Source: an uncultured Isosphaeraceae bacterium (GTDB lineage: Bacteria; Planctomycetota; Planctomycetia; Isosphaerales; Isosphaeraceae). Taken from it: a stretch of DNA of 64,000 bases. The stretch lies in NCBI GenBank assembly GCA_963832405.1, contig CAWHUG010000001.1:375021-439020 (forward strand). The letters are read 5' to 3'. Every line of letters starts with the position of its first letter. Position 1 is the first letter of the stretch. The notes under the pieces are model-generated. The model was given only the letters and a program-made list of their open reading frames with translations, made no database searches and was not told the DNA's origin. Of this stretch, positions 1 to 9,841 are shown piece by piece. A program made the translations under genes and the position numbers.

Positions 1-1606
1 CCTCTCCATCGACGACTTGCAGGGCCACACGCCGACCGCCGACGAGGATCGCGACCGGCTCGACCGTCTGGCCTCGGAGCTGATCGCCACGGTCCATCGC
101 GAGATCCTGCCGCGTCTGCCGCGCGAGCTGCCGCTGGAATCGCGCGAGGCGCGCGATGCCCTGGTGCTGCGTCTGGAGCACGAGATCGACGACATCGGCG
201 GGCGGCTCTTGAACCAGGGCGGCGACGACCTGGCCGATCACCTCGCCGGCCAGTGTGTGCACTCGGAGCTATTACGCACGCTCATCGATTTCAACACCGC
301 CCAGAGTCACGGCGCGGGCGATCGCGCCGTACAGAGCTTCTGGACGGAGATGGCCTCGGTCGTCCCCGAGCTGGAGCGCGATCTCGGCCGGCTCATCGCG
401 AAGGCGAGCCAGGTGCTCCGGCTGCATGACGCCGACCCGATCGAACAAAGGCTCGATCGCCTGGAACGCGGGTTCTGGAGCTTCTGGACGGCCCGCGCCG
501 CGGCGCTCGTCGATACGGGACTGCGCGACTACCTGGCCAAGCGCACGATCAAGAAGGATCTGAAGGATATCTTGTTTGGATATGGCCCGCTTGAGGACTT
601 GCTCCGCACGCCGACCGTCACCGAGATCATGGTGAACGACTCCGAGCATATTTTCATCGATCACAACCACACGATGAAGTGTTCGGGGCGGAGGTTTGTG
701 TCCGACGCGGTGACGCTCTCGATCATGGAACGGATCGTGGCGGCGGTCGGCCGGCGGATTGACAAGTCGAAGCCGGTGGTGGACGCGCGTCTTCCCGACG
801 GCAGCCGCGTCAACGCGGTGATCCCGCCGCTGGCGATTGACGGTCCTTGCCTGACGATCCGCAAGTTTCCCGACCGCTCGATCGACATGGCGACGCTGGT
901 GCGGACGGGCTCGCTGTCGGCGTCGGCCGCGCGGTTCCTGGATGCCGCCGTCCAGAACCGCCGCAACATCATCGTCTCGGGAGGGACCGGCTCGGGCAAG
1001 ACGACGCTGCTGAACTGCTTGAGTGACTGCATACCGGACCACGAGCGCATCCTGACGGTCGAGGACACCGCCGAGCTGCGGCTGCGACATAGCCACGTTG
1101 TGCGGCTCGAAACGCGGGACAAGAACCTGGAAGGGCAGGGGGCCTACACAATCCGCGACCTGGTGAAAAACGCGCTTGCGCATGCGGCCCGACCGGATCA
1201 TCGTGGGAGAGTGCCGCGGGCCGAGGCGCTCGACATGCTCCAGGCGATGAACACCGGCCACGACGGCAGCTTGACCACGATTCACGCCAACAGCCCGCTC
1301 GACGTGATCGGCCGTTTGGAAGTCATGGTGCAGATGGCCGCGGACCTGCCCCTGGCCGCCATCCACCGCCAGATCGCCTCGGGACTCGATCTGATCGTCC
1401 ATCTGGAGCGCGTCAACAACGTGCGCCGGGTGGTCCAGATCAGCGAGCTGACCGGGTTCGACCGCCGCGCGGGGACGATCCGCATCCGCGACCTCTACCG
1501 CATGACCTCGGACAACGGCCCCTTGCGCCCCACGGGCTGCCTGCCGACTTTCATCGATGACCTCGTGACACACGCGGGGCTGTGTTTGGAGACGTTCTAC
1601 GACTGA
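1..1606 (+). CDS. cpaF: Tad/Flp pilus assembly ATPase CpaF/TadA, 5'-partial (the ORF runs off the window start)
   Basis: Walker A 'GGTGSGKTTLL', 'LQAMNTGHDGS' and 'TIHANSP' motifs of VirB11/CpaF ATPases. A +T near 1176 and a -G near 1220 replace 'RMRPDRIIVGECRGAEA' with 'AHAARPDHRGRVPRAEA' and then return to frame. Confidence 0.9.
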   Translation, partial: LSIDDLQGHTPTADEDRDRLDRLASELIATVHREILPRLPRELPLESREARDALVLRLEHEIDDIGGRLLNQGGDDLADHLAGQCVHSELLRTLIDFNTAQSHGAGDRAVQSFWTEMASVVPELERDLGRLIAKASQVLRLHDADPIEQRLDRLERGFWSFWTARAAALVDTGLRDYLAKRTIKKDLKDILFGYGPLEDLLRTPTVTEIMVNDSEHIFIDHNHTMKCSGRRFVSDAVTLSIMERIVAAVGRRIDKSKPVVDARLPDGSRVNAVIPPLAIDGPCLTIRKFPDRSIDMATLVRTGSLSASAARFLDAAVQNRRNIIVSGGTGSGKTTLLNCLSDCIPDHERILTVEDTAELRLRHSHVVRLETRDKNLEGQGAYTIRDLVKNALAHAARPDHRGRVPRAEALDMLQAMNTGHDGSLTTIHANSPLDVIGRLEVMVQMAADLPLAAIHRQIASGLDLIVHLERVNNVRRVVQISELTGFDRRAGTIRIRDLYRMTSDNGPLRPTGCLPTFIDDLVTHAGLCLETFYD

Positions 1607-1621
1607 GAGGAAGGGGTTTTC

Positions 1622-1710
1622 GTAGGGTGGGTCAGCGGCGTCTGCTGCGCAACCCACCATCCGAATATGTCGGTGGGTTGCGCGGCGCAGACGCCGCTGA
1701 CCCACCCTAC
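1622..1710. repeat. Palindromic REP/MITE-like element, family C (GTAGGGTGGG...CCCACCCTAC termini around a nested GC stem)
   Basis: Long inverted repeat read directly from the sequence. Related copies at 2610, 30682 and 35878, a half-site at 4860-4880 and a variant at 10292. Confidence 0.8.
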
Positions 1711-1744
1711 AAGACGGGAAGTGACCCGTGGTGGAGTGTGCCCC

Positions 1745-2702
1745 ATGACCGTGTCCGGTCCCATCAGCGCCCTGTTATCGTCGATCGCTCTCGGGCTGGC
1801 CGTGGCGCTGGCCTTCGAGCCGGGCCTGCGGCTCTGGGACGAACTGGCGCTGCGGCGGGTGCGTGATTTCGTCACGCTCGGGCAATCGGTGGGGATCTCG
1901 GAAGAGCGCATCCGGTCCGGCATGCGGCTCTGGGGAATCCTTCTGGCGCTGTCACCGTGCGCGATCCTGTCGGTGTTCGGCTCGCTGGTGCTGGTGCCGA
2001 TCTGCGGCGGGCTGATCTATCAATCGCCCCGGTGGATTCTGCATTCGGTCATCCAGCGGCGTCGGCGGCGTTTGCGCGATCAGCTTGTCCCGGTCTGTTT
2101 CGCGCTGGCGAACACGGCGCGGGCCGGGCTCAGTCTCGCCCAGGGGTTGCGGCTGGCAAGCTGCGAGGCGCCGGAGCCGATCCGCGGCGAGATCCAGCGG
2201 ATCGTGCGGGAATACTCGCGCGGCCGCCCGCTGGCGCAGGCTATCGGCGATATCTCGGCGCGGCTCGACCTGAACGGCTTCCGCATGTTCGCCGCGGCGA
2301 CGCTCTGCTGCCTGGAGCACGGCGGCCCCTTGACCGAGACGCTCGACAGCCTGGCCCTGTCCGTGCAGGAGAACCAGCGGCTTCAGCTCAAGATGGACAC
2401 GCAGAGCGCCAGCGGACGGCTCACGCTGTGGTGCCTGGGTGTGTTCCCCGTCGTCTTCCTCCTGGTCAACTACCTCATCGAGCCGGTCTCGAGCCGGCTG
2501 ATGGTCACCACCATGCTGGGCCAGGTCTGCCTGACCACGATCATTCTGCTCACCTACTGGAGTGTCCGCATGGGCCTGCGGATCACGAGGTTTGAGAACA
2601 TCCTTTGGCGTAGGGTGGGCACCGCCCGCCATTCGAACCGGCGGCCACGGCGAAGAAGGTGGGCCATGCCCACCCTACAGAAGAGCCTCGACTCGCAAGT
2701 GA
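1745..2702 (+). CDS. tadB: Tad pilus inner-membrane protein TadB (T2SS-F domain), 3' end frame-disturbed
   Basis: TM-rich protein with the GspF/TadB-like core 'RGEIQRIVREYSRGRPLAQAIGDISARL'. The annotated frame reads through the family C palindrome at 2610-2678 and into tadC as far as 2947. A TGA at 2700-2702 in the -1 frame sits 15 nt before the tadC RBS and ATG, so I take that as the likely true stop. Confidence 0.7.
2610..2678. repeat. Family C palindromic element inserted at the tadB/tadC junction
   Basis: GTAGGGTGGGC...GCCCACCCTAC inverted repeat. Confidence 0.8.
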
Positions 2703-2717
2703 CAAGATCCCGGAGGA

Positions 2718-3689
2718 ATGGCCATGTACCCGGAGAGCGCGTCGGTCGCGACCACGCTGATGGCTCTCGAGCTGCTGGCCAGCGTGTTGCTGGGCCTGGG
2801 CGTGCTCGGCGTGGCCTGGCACATCACCGGGATCGTGCTGGCGGACCGGGGCGACGGGCGGCGGTGGGCGTCGTTCGAAACCGCGCGGCGGCAGACGCTG
2901 CGGCAGGCCAACCGGGTCTATCTCTGGTTCGAGCCGCTCGTCGATGAGCTGGCCGAGTACTACGCGACGCGCCGGCCGATGCTGCGGCAACGGATCGAGC
3001 GCGGCCTGCTGGCGCTGCCCGAGCAGCCGCCCTGGACGCCCGCGGAATGGCTGGCCGTGCAGCGGCTGACCGCCTCGGGCGGCATGATCGGCCTGGGCCT
3101 GGGCCTCGGCTGGTTGTGTCATTCCTGCCTCGGCATGCCCGCCCTCGGAATCCTGGGAGCGGCGCTCGTCTGGTTCATCACCTCGCGCCGACCGCTGCTG
3201 GAGCTCGAGGAAAAGGCCAACCGGGTCCGCTCGCAGATCCGCGGCCAGCTTCCGTTCGCCATGGATTTGATGCAACTGATGCTCAAGGCGGGATCGAGCT
3301 TCACCGAGGCCCTTCAGACCCTCGTGCGGCAGAACTGCGGCGCGGCCCTGGCCGGTCATCTGGAGATCGTCCTCCGCGAGATCGAGCGGGGGATCACGCG
3401 GTCCGAAGCACTCCGGCGGCTCCAGTTGCGCCTGAACATGGAAGAGATCAACGAGCTGGTCCTGGCCCTGCGCCAGGGGGACGAGCTGGGCACGCCGTTG
3501 ACGCAGATCCTCGAAAGCCAGGCCCTCCAGATCCGCAACCGGCAGGTGCAGGCGATCGAGAAGGCGGCCGAGCAATCGAAGGTCAAGTTCGCGGGTCCCA
3601 ACACGGTCGTCATGGTCGCCAGCATCATTGCCATGCTGGCCCCCTGGCTCCTCAAGGTGCTCTATGAAGCCACACCACTCTTCCATTGA
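2718..3689 (+). CDS. tadC: Tad pilus inner-membrane protein TadC (T2SS-F domain)
   Basis: GGAGG RBS then ATG. TM segments and a GspF-like 'LPFAMDLMQLMLKAGSSFTEAL' block. Follows tadB in the usual order. Confidence 0.85.
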   Translation: MAMYPESASVATTLMALELLASVLLGLGVLGVAWHITGIVLADRGDGRRWASFETARRQTLRQANRVYLWFEPLVDELAEYYATRRPMLRQRIERGLLALPEQPPWTPAEWLAVQRLTASGGMIGLGLGLGWLCHSCLGMPALGILGAALVWFITSRRPLLELEEKANRVRSQIRGQLPFAMDLMQLMLKAGSSFTEALQTLVRQNCGAALAGHLEIVLREIERGITRSEALRRLQLRLNMEEINELVLALRQGDELGTPLTQILESQALQIRNRQVQAIEKAAEQSKVKFAGPNTVVMVASIIAMLAPWLLKVLYEATPLFH

Positions 3690-4377
3690 GCGCGGAAATC
3701 CCGCCGCCGTACTGCCCCCAACGACGCCGTGGCTGGTCATCCACGCCGGCACGCAGCCGGCCTGTTCGGTCGCGCTCGATGCGCCCGTCGTCCGCGTCGG
3801 CAGCCATGCGAGCTGCGGGATTCGTCTTGCGGACGCCGAGCCGCACGCCTTGACCATCGAGCAACGGCCCCGCGGCGTCCGGGTCCATAACCGGACCGCC
3901 CGCCGCCTGCAACTCGATGAGGAATCCCTCGAACCGGGGACCGCGGCCATCTGGACGCCCGAGACCGTGCTGGTTCTTGGTCCGAGCCTGAGCGTGCGGC
4001 TGGCCCACGCGCCGACGCCGGCCGTTTCGGAATGCCCCGAGCCGAGTGCGGAGACACCCGCGGTGGAGGCGCCGCCCGCGGCCTATGCGTCCCGGCCGGC
4101 GCTGGTGCTCACGATGGTCTTGCTCATGATGGCGACGTGGGTGGTCGGCCTGTTGTTTCAGAGTCGCGGTCCGGTGCCGGCGCGGATCGAGGAAGACCGA
4201 CTCGCCGTTCTCGTGCGCGACCTGCGCCAGTGCGGCCCGGAGGGCCACTACATCGCCCAGGAACTCCAGCTTGCCTTGCAGGATCAGAACCTGGGGCGCG
4301 ACCTCGCCCGTGCGCGATCGACTGCTCCGCTTGAGCGATTGGATCCAGCACAATCATGGACGCCAGAGCCGGGTTGA
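3664..4377 (+). CDS. FHA-domain-like protein with a single TM helix, overlapping the tadC stop
   Basis: 'VVRVGSHASCGIRLADAEPHALTIEQRPRGVRVHNRTARRLQLDE' matches the FHA pattern (G-R ... S..HA.I ... N-T). A hydrophobic helix 'LVLTMVLLMMATWVVGLLF' follows. Confidence 0.55.
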   Translation: MKPHHSSIERGNPAAVLPPTTPWLVIHAGTQPACSVALDAPVVRVGSHASCGIRLADAEPHALTIEQRPRGVRVHNRTARRLQLDEESLEPGTAAIWTPETVLVLGPSLSVRLAHAPTPAVSECPEPSAETPAVEAPPAAYASRPALVLTMVLLMMATWVVGLLFQSRGPVPARIEEDRLAVLVRDLRQCGPEGHYIAQELQLALQDQNLGRDLARARSTAPLERLDPAQSWTPEPG

Positions 4378-4439
4378 TCCCCGGTTCCCGCCGTTCCAGA
4401 CCGTGGTCGACTGGATCGGGAACAACATTTGAAATTCTG

Positions 4440-4890
4440 TCCGGACAGCCCCGAAGGGGCGACAGTCAATAGCCAGGGGCGTCAGCCCCTGGACGGCGAG
4501 ACAAAGCCCCAAAGCGCCTCTCCGCAGGGGACTTTCTCAGCCGGGCGGACAAGTCCCGGACAGTTTCACTAGTGGACGTTCAGACAGTATCCAGGATGCA
4601 AAGGCTTGGGAACATTGGATTTGCTTCAGTGAACCCCTCGACCTTTGCCGCGTAAACTGTCCGCGCCGTTCAGGTGGTTGACCGCCGAGCGTGAGATAGT
4701 GCCCTCCGCAGCCCCTCAGGGGCGACAGAACCCATGGTTTCGCGGGATCTTCTGTCGCCCCTGCGGGGCTCCGGAAGAGGGTGGCGCGGGGACGGGACGG
4801 GTTCCAGGGGCTGACGCCCCTGGCTATTCACTTCCGCCCCTTCGGGGCTGAGAGGCGCGGACGCCGCTGACCCACCCTACGAAGCTACGA
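4440..4890. repeat. Composite palindromic element, family A (about 45-bp terminal inverted repeats AGCCAGGGGCGTCAGCCCCTGG / GCCCCGAAGGGGC, internal palindrome, about 200-bp lower-GC insert) plus a family C half-site at 4860-4880
   Basis: Termini at 4447-4492 and 4804-4850 are exact reverse complements. Compact copies of the same element lie at 27256-27493 and 59170-59405. Confidence 0.8.
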
Positions 4891-5016
4891 AGCCCTCGAA
4901 CTCGAACCGGTCCCCTCCCTGGCAAGTTCACGGCTCACGCAGCGTCCTTACTCCGTGATGGGTCTGGTCCCGCTGCCGAACCGGAGCCAGAGAGGCTCGC
5001 TTCGAGGGAGACCGCG

Positions 5017-8000
5017 ATGCACAACGATTACGAACTGCTCAACCCGATCGGAAAGGGACCGCTGGGGACCGTCTATCGGGGGCACGACTTGATCCAGAAT
5101 CGGCCCGTGGCCGTCAAGGTGCTCCATGCCTCGGTGCGGACACGGCTCCAGCGTCGCGACGACTCCTGGGACCGGCTCCGGCAGGTGGCGCAATTCAGCG
5201 CGTCGCGGCGGGACATGGTGCCCGTGCGAGACATTGATCTCGACTCGGGCTGGATCGTCTCCGACCTCATGCGGGGCCGGGTCCGACTCCGGCACGCGGT
5301 GGCGCCGAAGATCGTGGCCGGCATGATGCGGCAGGTGCTGCGGCCGTTGTCGCACCTGCACACCGATCTGGGCCAGCTCCACGGCGCGATTCATCGCCGG
5401 AACCTGCTCTATGACGACGACGGTTACGTCCGTCTCGCGGACCCGCGCGGGATGGCCCTGGGCGTGCCGTCGCCGCTCTTGAACCTGTGTGCCACGTCGG
5501 GCAATCCCGGCTCGGACGAGACGGGGGCGCACGTCGCCTGCAAGCACATGGCGCCCGAGTGGTTCGACGAGGACTTCGGCCCCGTGGGTCCGGCCAGCGA
5601 TCTGTACGCCCTCGGGCTGACCGCGCTGGAGCTGCTCATGGGACGGCGGTTCGCCCGGCTGTTCCGGGGCATCGGCCCCCAGTCGCTCAATCCGGCGGAT
5701 TCCTGGGACCGCTGGCATCGCGACCCGGCCCGCGCGCTGCCCGGCGCCGAGGGCCTGGTTCCGGGGCTGCCCGAGGATCTCGTCCGGGTCGTCGATGGCT
5801 TGACCCGCAAGCAGGTCGCGGAACGCTACCAGAGCGCTCTCGAAGTGCTGGACGACCTGAGCAACTACCGCAAGATCATCCCGATACGGGTGAAGACGAA
5901 GACGCGCAAAACGTCGCGGCACGACGACGGAGCGTCGCGGCCGACACCCGCGCAGCCGGCCTTGCCCGCGCCGGCGCGCCACGGCCCCATCAAGCCGTGC
6001 GCCGGTCGCCGTGCCCGTCGCGACGGTCGCGCCCGCGCCGGTCCGGCCGACCGTCAAGAACGTGGGCACCCGTTCCCCGGTGCGACTGCGCGTCACCCCG
6101 CCCCCCACGCTGAGCGACTACCTGACTGCGCGGGGGCCAGGCGGTTCAAACCCTGCTGCGGGAGAACCGGGCCAGCCAGTTCGGCGTGGCCATGATCGCC
6201 ATCCTGCTGGCCATCGCCGTGCTCTTCTCCGGACAGGTGCGGAACGAGGTCGAGGCCGAGTTCACCGTCGTCCCGCCCGGCCCGGCCGGCAGCAAGGAAG
6301 TCCACGCCGATCTGACGCTCGACCGGGTCGATCCCCGCACCGGCGCCCATACCCCGGTGCAGTCGCAGATCCGGTTGTCGCAGCACGTGTCCTTCAAGAA
6401 ATCGCTGCCGCCCGGGCGCTATGCCGCCACGGTGCGGGCCCGCCGTTCCGGCCGGTCGAGCAGACCTGCGAGGTCGGGCCGCAAGGCCCCAATCACTTCC
6501 GGTCCGCTACAAGGATCGCCGGTCCCCGATCCGCGAGGTTCAGTTGCCCGTCGAGGAGCCGGTCACGCTCTACCTGGAAGCGCCGGGCTACGAGTCGCGC
6601 CGGCTGAACTTGCAGATCCCCGATGGCGAGGGCCCGTACATGCCCGATGAGCTGGCCGAGCTGACCCGCTCGGCCACAACCGAGCGGCTGATCGTGGTCA
6701 AGACCACTCCCGAAACCGCCCAGCTCACCGTCGACGGCAAGCCGCAATCCTTGCGCACGATCAGCTTATCGACCGCCACCGAGCATACGTTCCGGGCGCA
6801 GGCCGAGGGCTTTCTCGAGACCTCCCAGACGCTCCGCGTGGCGGCCGGCGACCAGCCCCTGACCGTGGCGCTCGACCTGACGCCCGACCAGACGCACCGC
6901 AAGGTCCGGCCCCGGACCCATCCCCGGGCGGTCGTGACGCTCCGTCCCCATGGCCGCCCGGACCAGACCCGCACCTTGCACGACGGCGAGGAGTTCGAAT
7001 ACGCCGTCGGCGCCCGGCTGATCGCCTGCGTGATGCTCGACGGCGCGCTCATGTTGCGCGACCACGACGTGACCGTCGAGCGGGGCGAGGGCGTCCAGGA
7101 GCTGAACCTGACCACGCCCGACCCCGGCCGCGTACCGATCCTCGACTCGCCCTACGCCTTGAGGTTCCAGCCCGGCGGGACGTTCCGCAGCGGCTTCGAC
7201 CCCGTGGAATACGGCGCCATTCTCAAGGAGAAACGGATCACGCGGGCGGGGATCGCCTCCTTGCTCGATCCCGCCGGGGACCACGCGCCGAAACCCAGCT
7301 CGCTGTCCGCGGCGGCGGCATCGCTCCAGGCCGGCAATCTCGACAGCGGCCTCTTCGACCAGGCCCGCATCCACGGCGCCCAGAAAATCTGGGAGAACCG
7401 GCAGCAGTTCCGCGCGTCTCGCCGAACACCACGCCGCCCGCGAGATCGTCCTGTCCCACTTCCACGTCTCGGAAGTGCCCGTGACCTGGGATCTCTGGAC
7501 GGCCGTCATGGGCGCCACGGACCTGCCGGCCGCGGCGAGCCGCGAAGTCGGGTACCTCCAGGCCCACCGGGATGATCCCGCCGTCGGCATCAGCTACGTC
7601 CGCTGGCTGATCTTCTGCCGCCGCCTCACCGAGCTGATGCGGAGCGCAGGCCAAATCGACACGTCTTGCGAACTGACGCCCCCCCATGCGATCGAGGTCG
7701 AGTATCTTCTCCGCGGCGGCGCCCCCGACCCGGCCGAGAGTGAGGAGACCGCCGCCGCTCCCCCGGAGAAAGCGCCGCACCGGGACCGGCCCGATATCGC
7801 CTCTTGGCTTGTGGTCGAGTCCAACCTGGCCGTCTGCCGCAATCGCAAGCAGGCGCTCTCCGTGCTCGATCCGAACCTGCGGTCCAACAACCTGCACGTG
7901 ATGCTCGGGCCGGTCGCCACCTGGACGCTGGACGCCGCCGATCCGGACCATCAATACGTCGCGGGGCCGAGCTATCACACCCTGCCGAATGTGCCGAAGG

Positions 8001-8215
8001 TGCTCGCGTGGTCGGCCTCCTGGCCCGCGCCGGCCGTGTTCGGCCTGCCGGACCGGACCCACTTCGAGTTGCACGACCTGAAAGGGTACTGGCCCTGGCA
8101 GCGCGTCGCCCTGCCCAGCCGGACCAATCCGGAGAACCATGTCGGCCTGTACCTGGTCCTGCGCCCGGTCAGCACCCTGGCCGATCGCCGTCCCGCGGCG
8201 GACCTGCGACCGTGA
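5017..8215 (+). CDS. Ser/Thr protein kinase-fold protein (predicted pseudokinase) with a TM segment, PEGA-like repeats and a degenerate C-terminal FGE-sulfatase domain; at least 4 frameshifts
   Basis: Gly loop 'IGKGPLGTV', 'VAVKVL' and 'MAPEW' are present, but HRD is 'HRR' (5392-5400) and DFG is 'DPR'. TM 'MAMIAILLAIAVLFSG'. PEGA-like 'ERLIVVKTTPETAQLTVDGKPQ'. FGE-like 'VTWDLWTAVMGATDL...EVEYLLRGG'. The frames run 0, 1, 2, 0, 1 along the gene. Confidence 0.7.
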
Positions 8216-8256
8216 GTGAAGCCGCCGGAGAGGACGTCGCAGCCGCGTCGTCGTGC

Positions 8257-8386
8257 GTCCCTGAGCTTTCCAGGTTGAGAATGGGCGATACTGGACTGGA
8301 ACCAGTGACCTCCCTTGTAGGGCGGTTTGGTCTGCGTCCGCCATCTTCAGGAAGAGCAGGAAGGTGATCTGCTCGACGTAGGCCAT
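8257..8386 (-). pseudogene. hsdM: 5' stump (about 43 codons) of a type I restriction-modification methyltransferase gene
   Basis: 'MAYVEQITFLLFLKMADADQ...VPVQYRPFSTWKAQ' matches the HsdM N-terminal block (EcoKI 'YVNELASLLFLKMCKETGQEAEYLPEGYRWDDLKSRIGQ'). It then decays into the antisense of the upstream FGE gene. Based on 15-40 residues only. Confidence 0.4.
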
Positions 8387-8392
8387 GTAACG

Positions 8393-8626
8393 TCACTCCA
8401 TGTACTCCGCGAAGTCATCCAGCGGGGCATCGAAGTCCGGGGCTATCCAGAACGAACGGTCCTTGGCCGTGCCCGGCTGGCACGGCCAGCTCGTGCGGGG
8501 TGGACGGGTCACGATGGCAACGGGCTCGCCATCGCTCGTCAGCACCAACTCCTCGCCGGGGACCATACCGGACACGATCTCGGACGGGCTGGTTTGGGCG
8601 GCGGCCAGCGGCAACGTGCGTGGCAT
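8393..8626 (-). CDS. Antitoxin-like small protein: Phd/YefM-like N-terminus plus DUF2281 C-terminus; no cognate toxin nearby
   Basis: 'LVLTSDGEPVAIVTRPP' (Phd-like) and 'PGTAKDRSFWIAPDFDAPLDDFAEYME' (DUF2281 signature 'G.aKG.i..spDFDAPLeDFkeYM'). No PIN-domain ORF within 1 kb. Confidence 0.55.
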   Translation of the reverse strand: MPRTLPLAAAQTSPSEIVSGMVPGEELVLTSDGEPVAIVTRPPRTSWPCQPGTAKDRSFWIAPDFDAPLDDFAEYME

Positions 8627-9126
8627 GTGTAACTCGCTCTCCGTTAGCATCAGGCATAGGCTCTTGGCCGACTTCGAATGAGCGTGATACCCCATTCTAT
8701 ACCCGTGCGGCGATCGTTCCTCAGTGAGAGTACTCGAAGGAGGATCGGGGAACGTCTCACTCGGGGTTGGGCGAGCGACACCAAAAAGCCGCGTCGGGTC
8801 ACGCCCGCGGAGAAGGAGCCGCTCAGCGAAGCGCGGAGGAGGCCGTGAACGACGACACCGCGCCCGAGGAGAGCCCGCCCGAGGTCGGGTTCCCCGAATC
8901 AACCACAGACAATTGCCCCCATCGGTGAGTTCCGAACATGCACAGAGATAACAGCAGGGTCAACGGCTTGCGTCGGGTGCGTTGGCGCCGGACACTGGTC
9001 TTTACTCGAAAAACTGCCGCAGACGAACGGGCACGAATCGGTAGGTTCAAGAGCGTGAAGACTTTGAGGGGTCTCGGGCCGGAGTAACCCGAAGGTCACC
9101 GAAGAAGGTGTCGCGAAGCGATTCCC

Positions 9127-9705
9127 GTGAACCCGACTTCCGTCAGCCTCATCGACCGGCTCCGGAGGGCCAGCCCGGAGAACCCCGACTGGCTCCGCTT
9201 GCAGGAGATCTACCTGCCGCTGATCCGTCATTGGCTGGGTCGTGTGCCGAGCCTGGGCGATGAGGTCGCCGACCTGGCGCAGGAGGTCCTGATCGTCGTG
9301 GCGCGGGAAATCCCCCACTTCGACCGGCAGCGCGAGGGGTCGTTCCGGGCGTGGCTCCGCCAGGTGACCGTGAACAAAGTCAGGACATACCGCAGGTTAC
9401 AACAACGGCGGCCGGTCACCGGGTTGGATGCCGCGGACGGGTTCCTCGACCAACTGGCCGACCCACACAGCGAACTCGCCCGGGAGTGGGACATCGAGCA
9501 CGACCGGTACGTGGTGGAGAAACTGCTGGCGGTGGTTCGACCGGACTTCAGCGCCACGACCTGGGAGGCGTTCCAAAAGTTCGCCCTCGACGGCCTCCCG
9601 GCCGCGGACGTGGCCCGGGAACTGGGCCTGTCGGAAAATTCCGTGATCCAAACTAAGGCCAGGATTCTCAAGAGGTTACGAGAAGAGGCCGGCGACCTTC
9701 TGTGA
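9127..9705 (+). CDS. ECF-family RNA polymerase sigma-70 factor (GTG start)
   Basis: Sigma-70 region 2 'DLAQEVLIVVAREIPHFDR...FRAWLRQVTVNKV' and region 4 'LPAADVARELGLSENSVIQTKARILKRL'. Confidence 0.9.
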   Translation: MNPTSVSLIDRLRRASPENPDWLRLQEIYLPLIRHWLGRVPSLGDEVADLAQEVLIVVAREIPHFDRQREGSFRAWLRQVTVNKVRTYRRLQQRRPVTGLDAADGFLDQLADPHSELAREWDIEHDRYVVEKLLAVVRPDFSATTWEAFQKFALDGLPAADVARELGLSENSVIQTKARILKRLREEAGDLL

Positions 9706-9731
9706 ATTTTTTGGGATTTTTCGGGTTTTCG
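9681..9731 (+). terminator. Candidate intrinsic terminator of the ECF sigma gene
   Basis: GC hairpin AGAAGAGGCCGGCGACCTTCT overlapping the stop codon, followed by a T-rich tract TGAATTTTTTGGGATTTTTCGGGTTTTC. T-rich runs are rare in this GC-rich DNA. Confidence 0.35.
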
Positions 9732-9841
9732 CGGCATGTCCCCCGTTGTTCCGGCCTTTCTCTTATAGTTGGGCTGGTTTCGGTTTGACGCGGTAAGGTT
9801 TTGCAATGAGCTGAGCCAGCGCAAGAAGCGGACGCCCTACT

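Noticed and set aside
2703-2947. Real 230-nt overlap between tadB and tadC
   Set aside because: The overlap is created by reading through the inserted palindrome. A properly placed TGA in the -1 frame at 2700-2702 gives the normal stop-RBS-start spacing.
8275-8340. tRNA 3'-half-like sequence (GGTCACTGGTTCCAGTCCAGTATCGCCCA on the minus strand), which could have marked an integrase att site
   Set aside because: No complementary 5' acceptor strand or anticodon arm could be built, and a pyrimidine sits at T-loop position 57. The stretch is fully explained as codons of the hsdM-like N-terminal stump.
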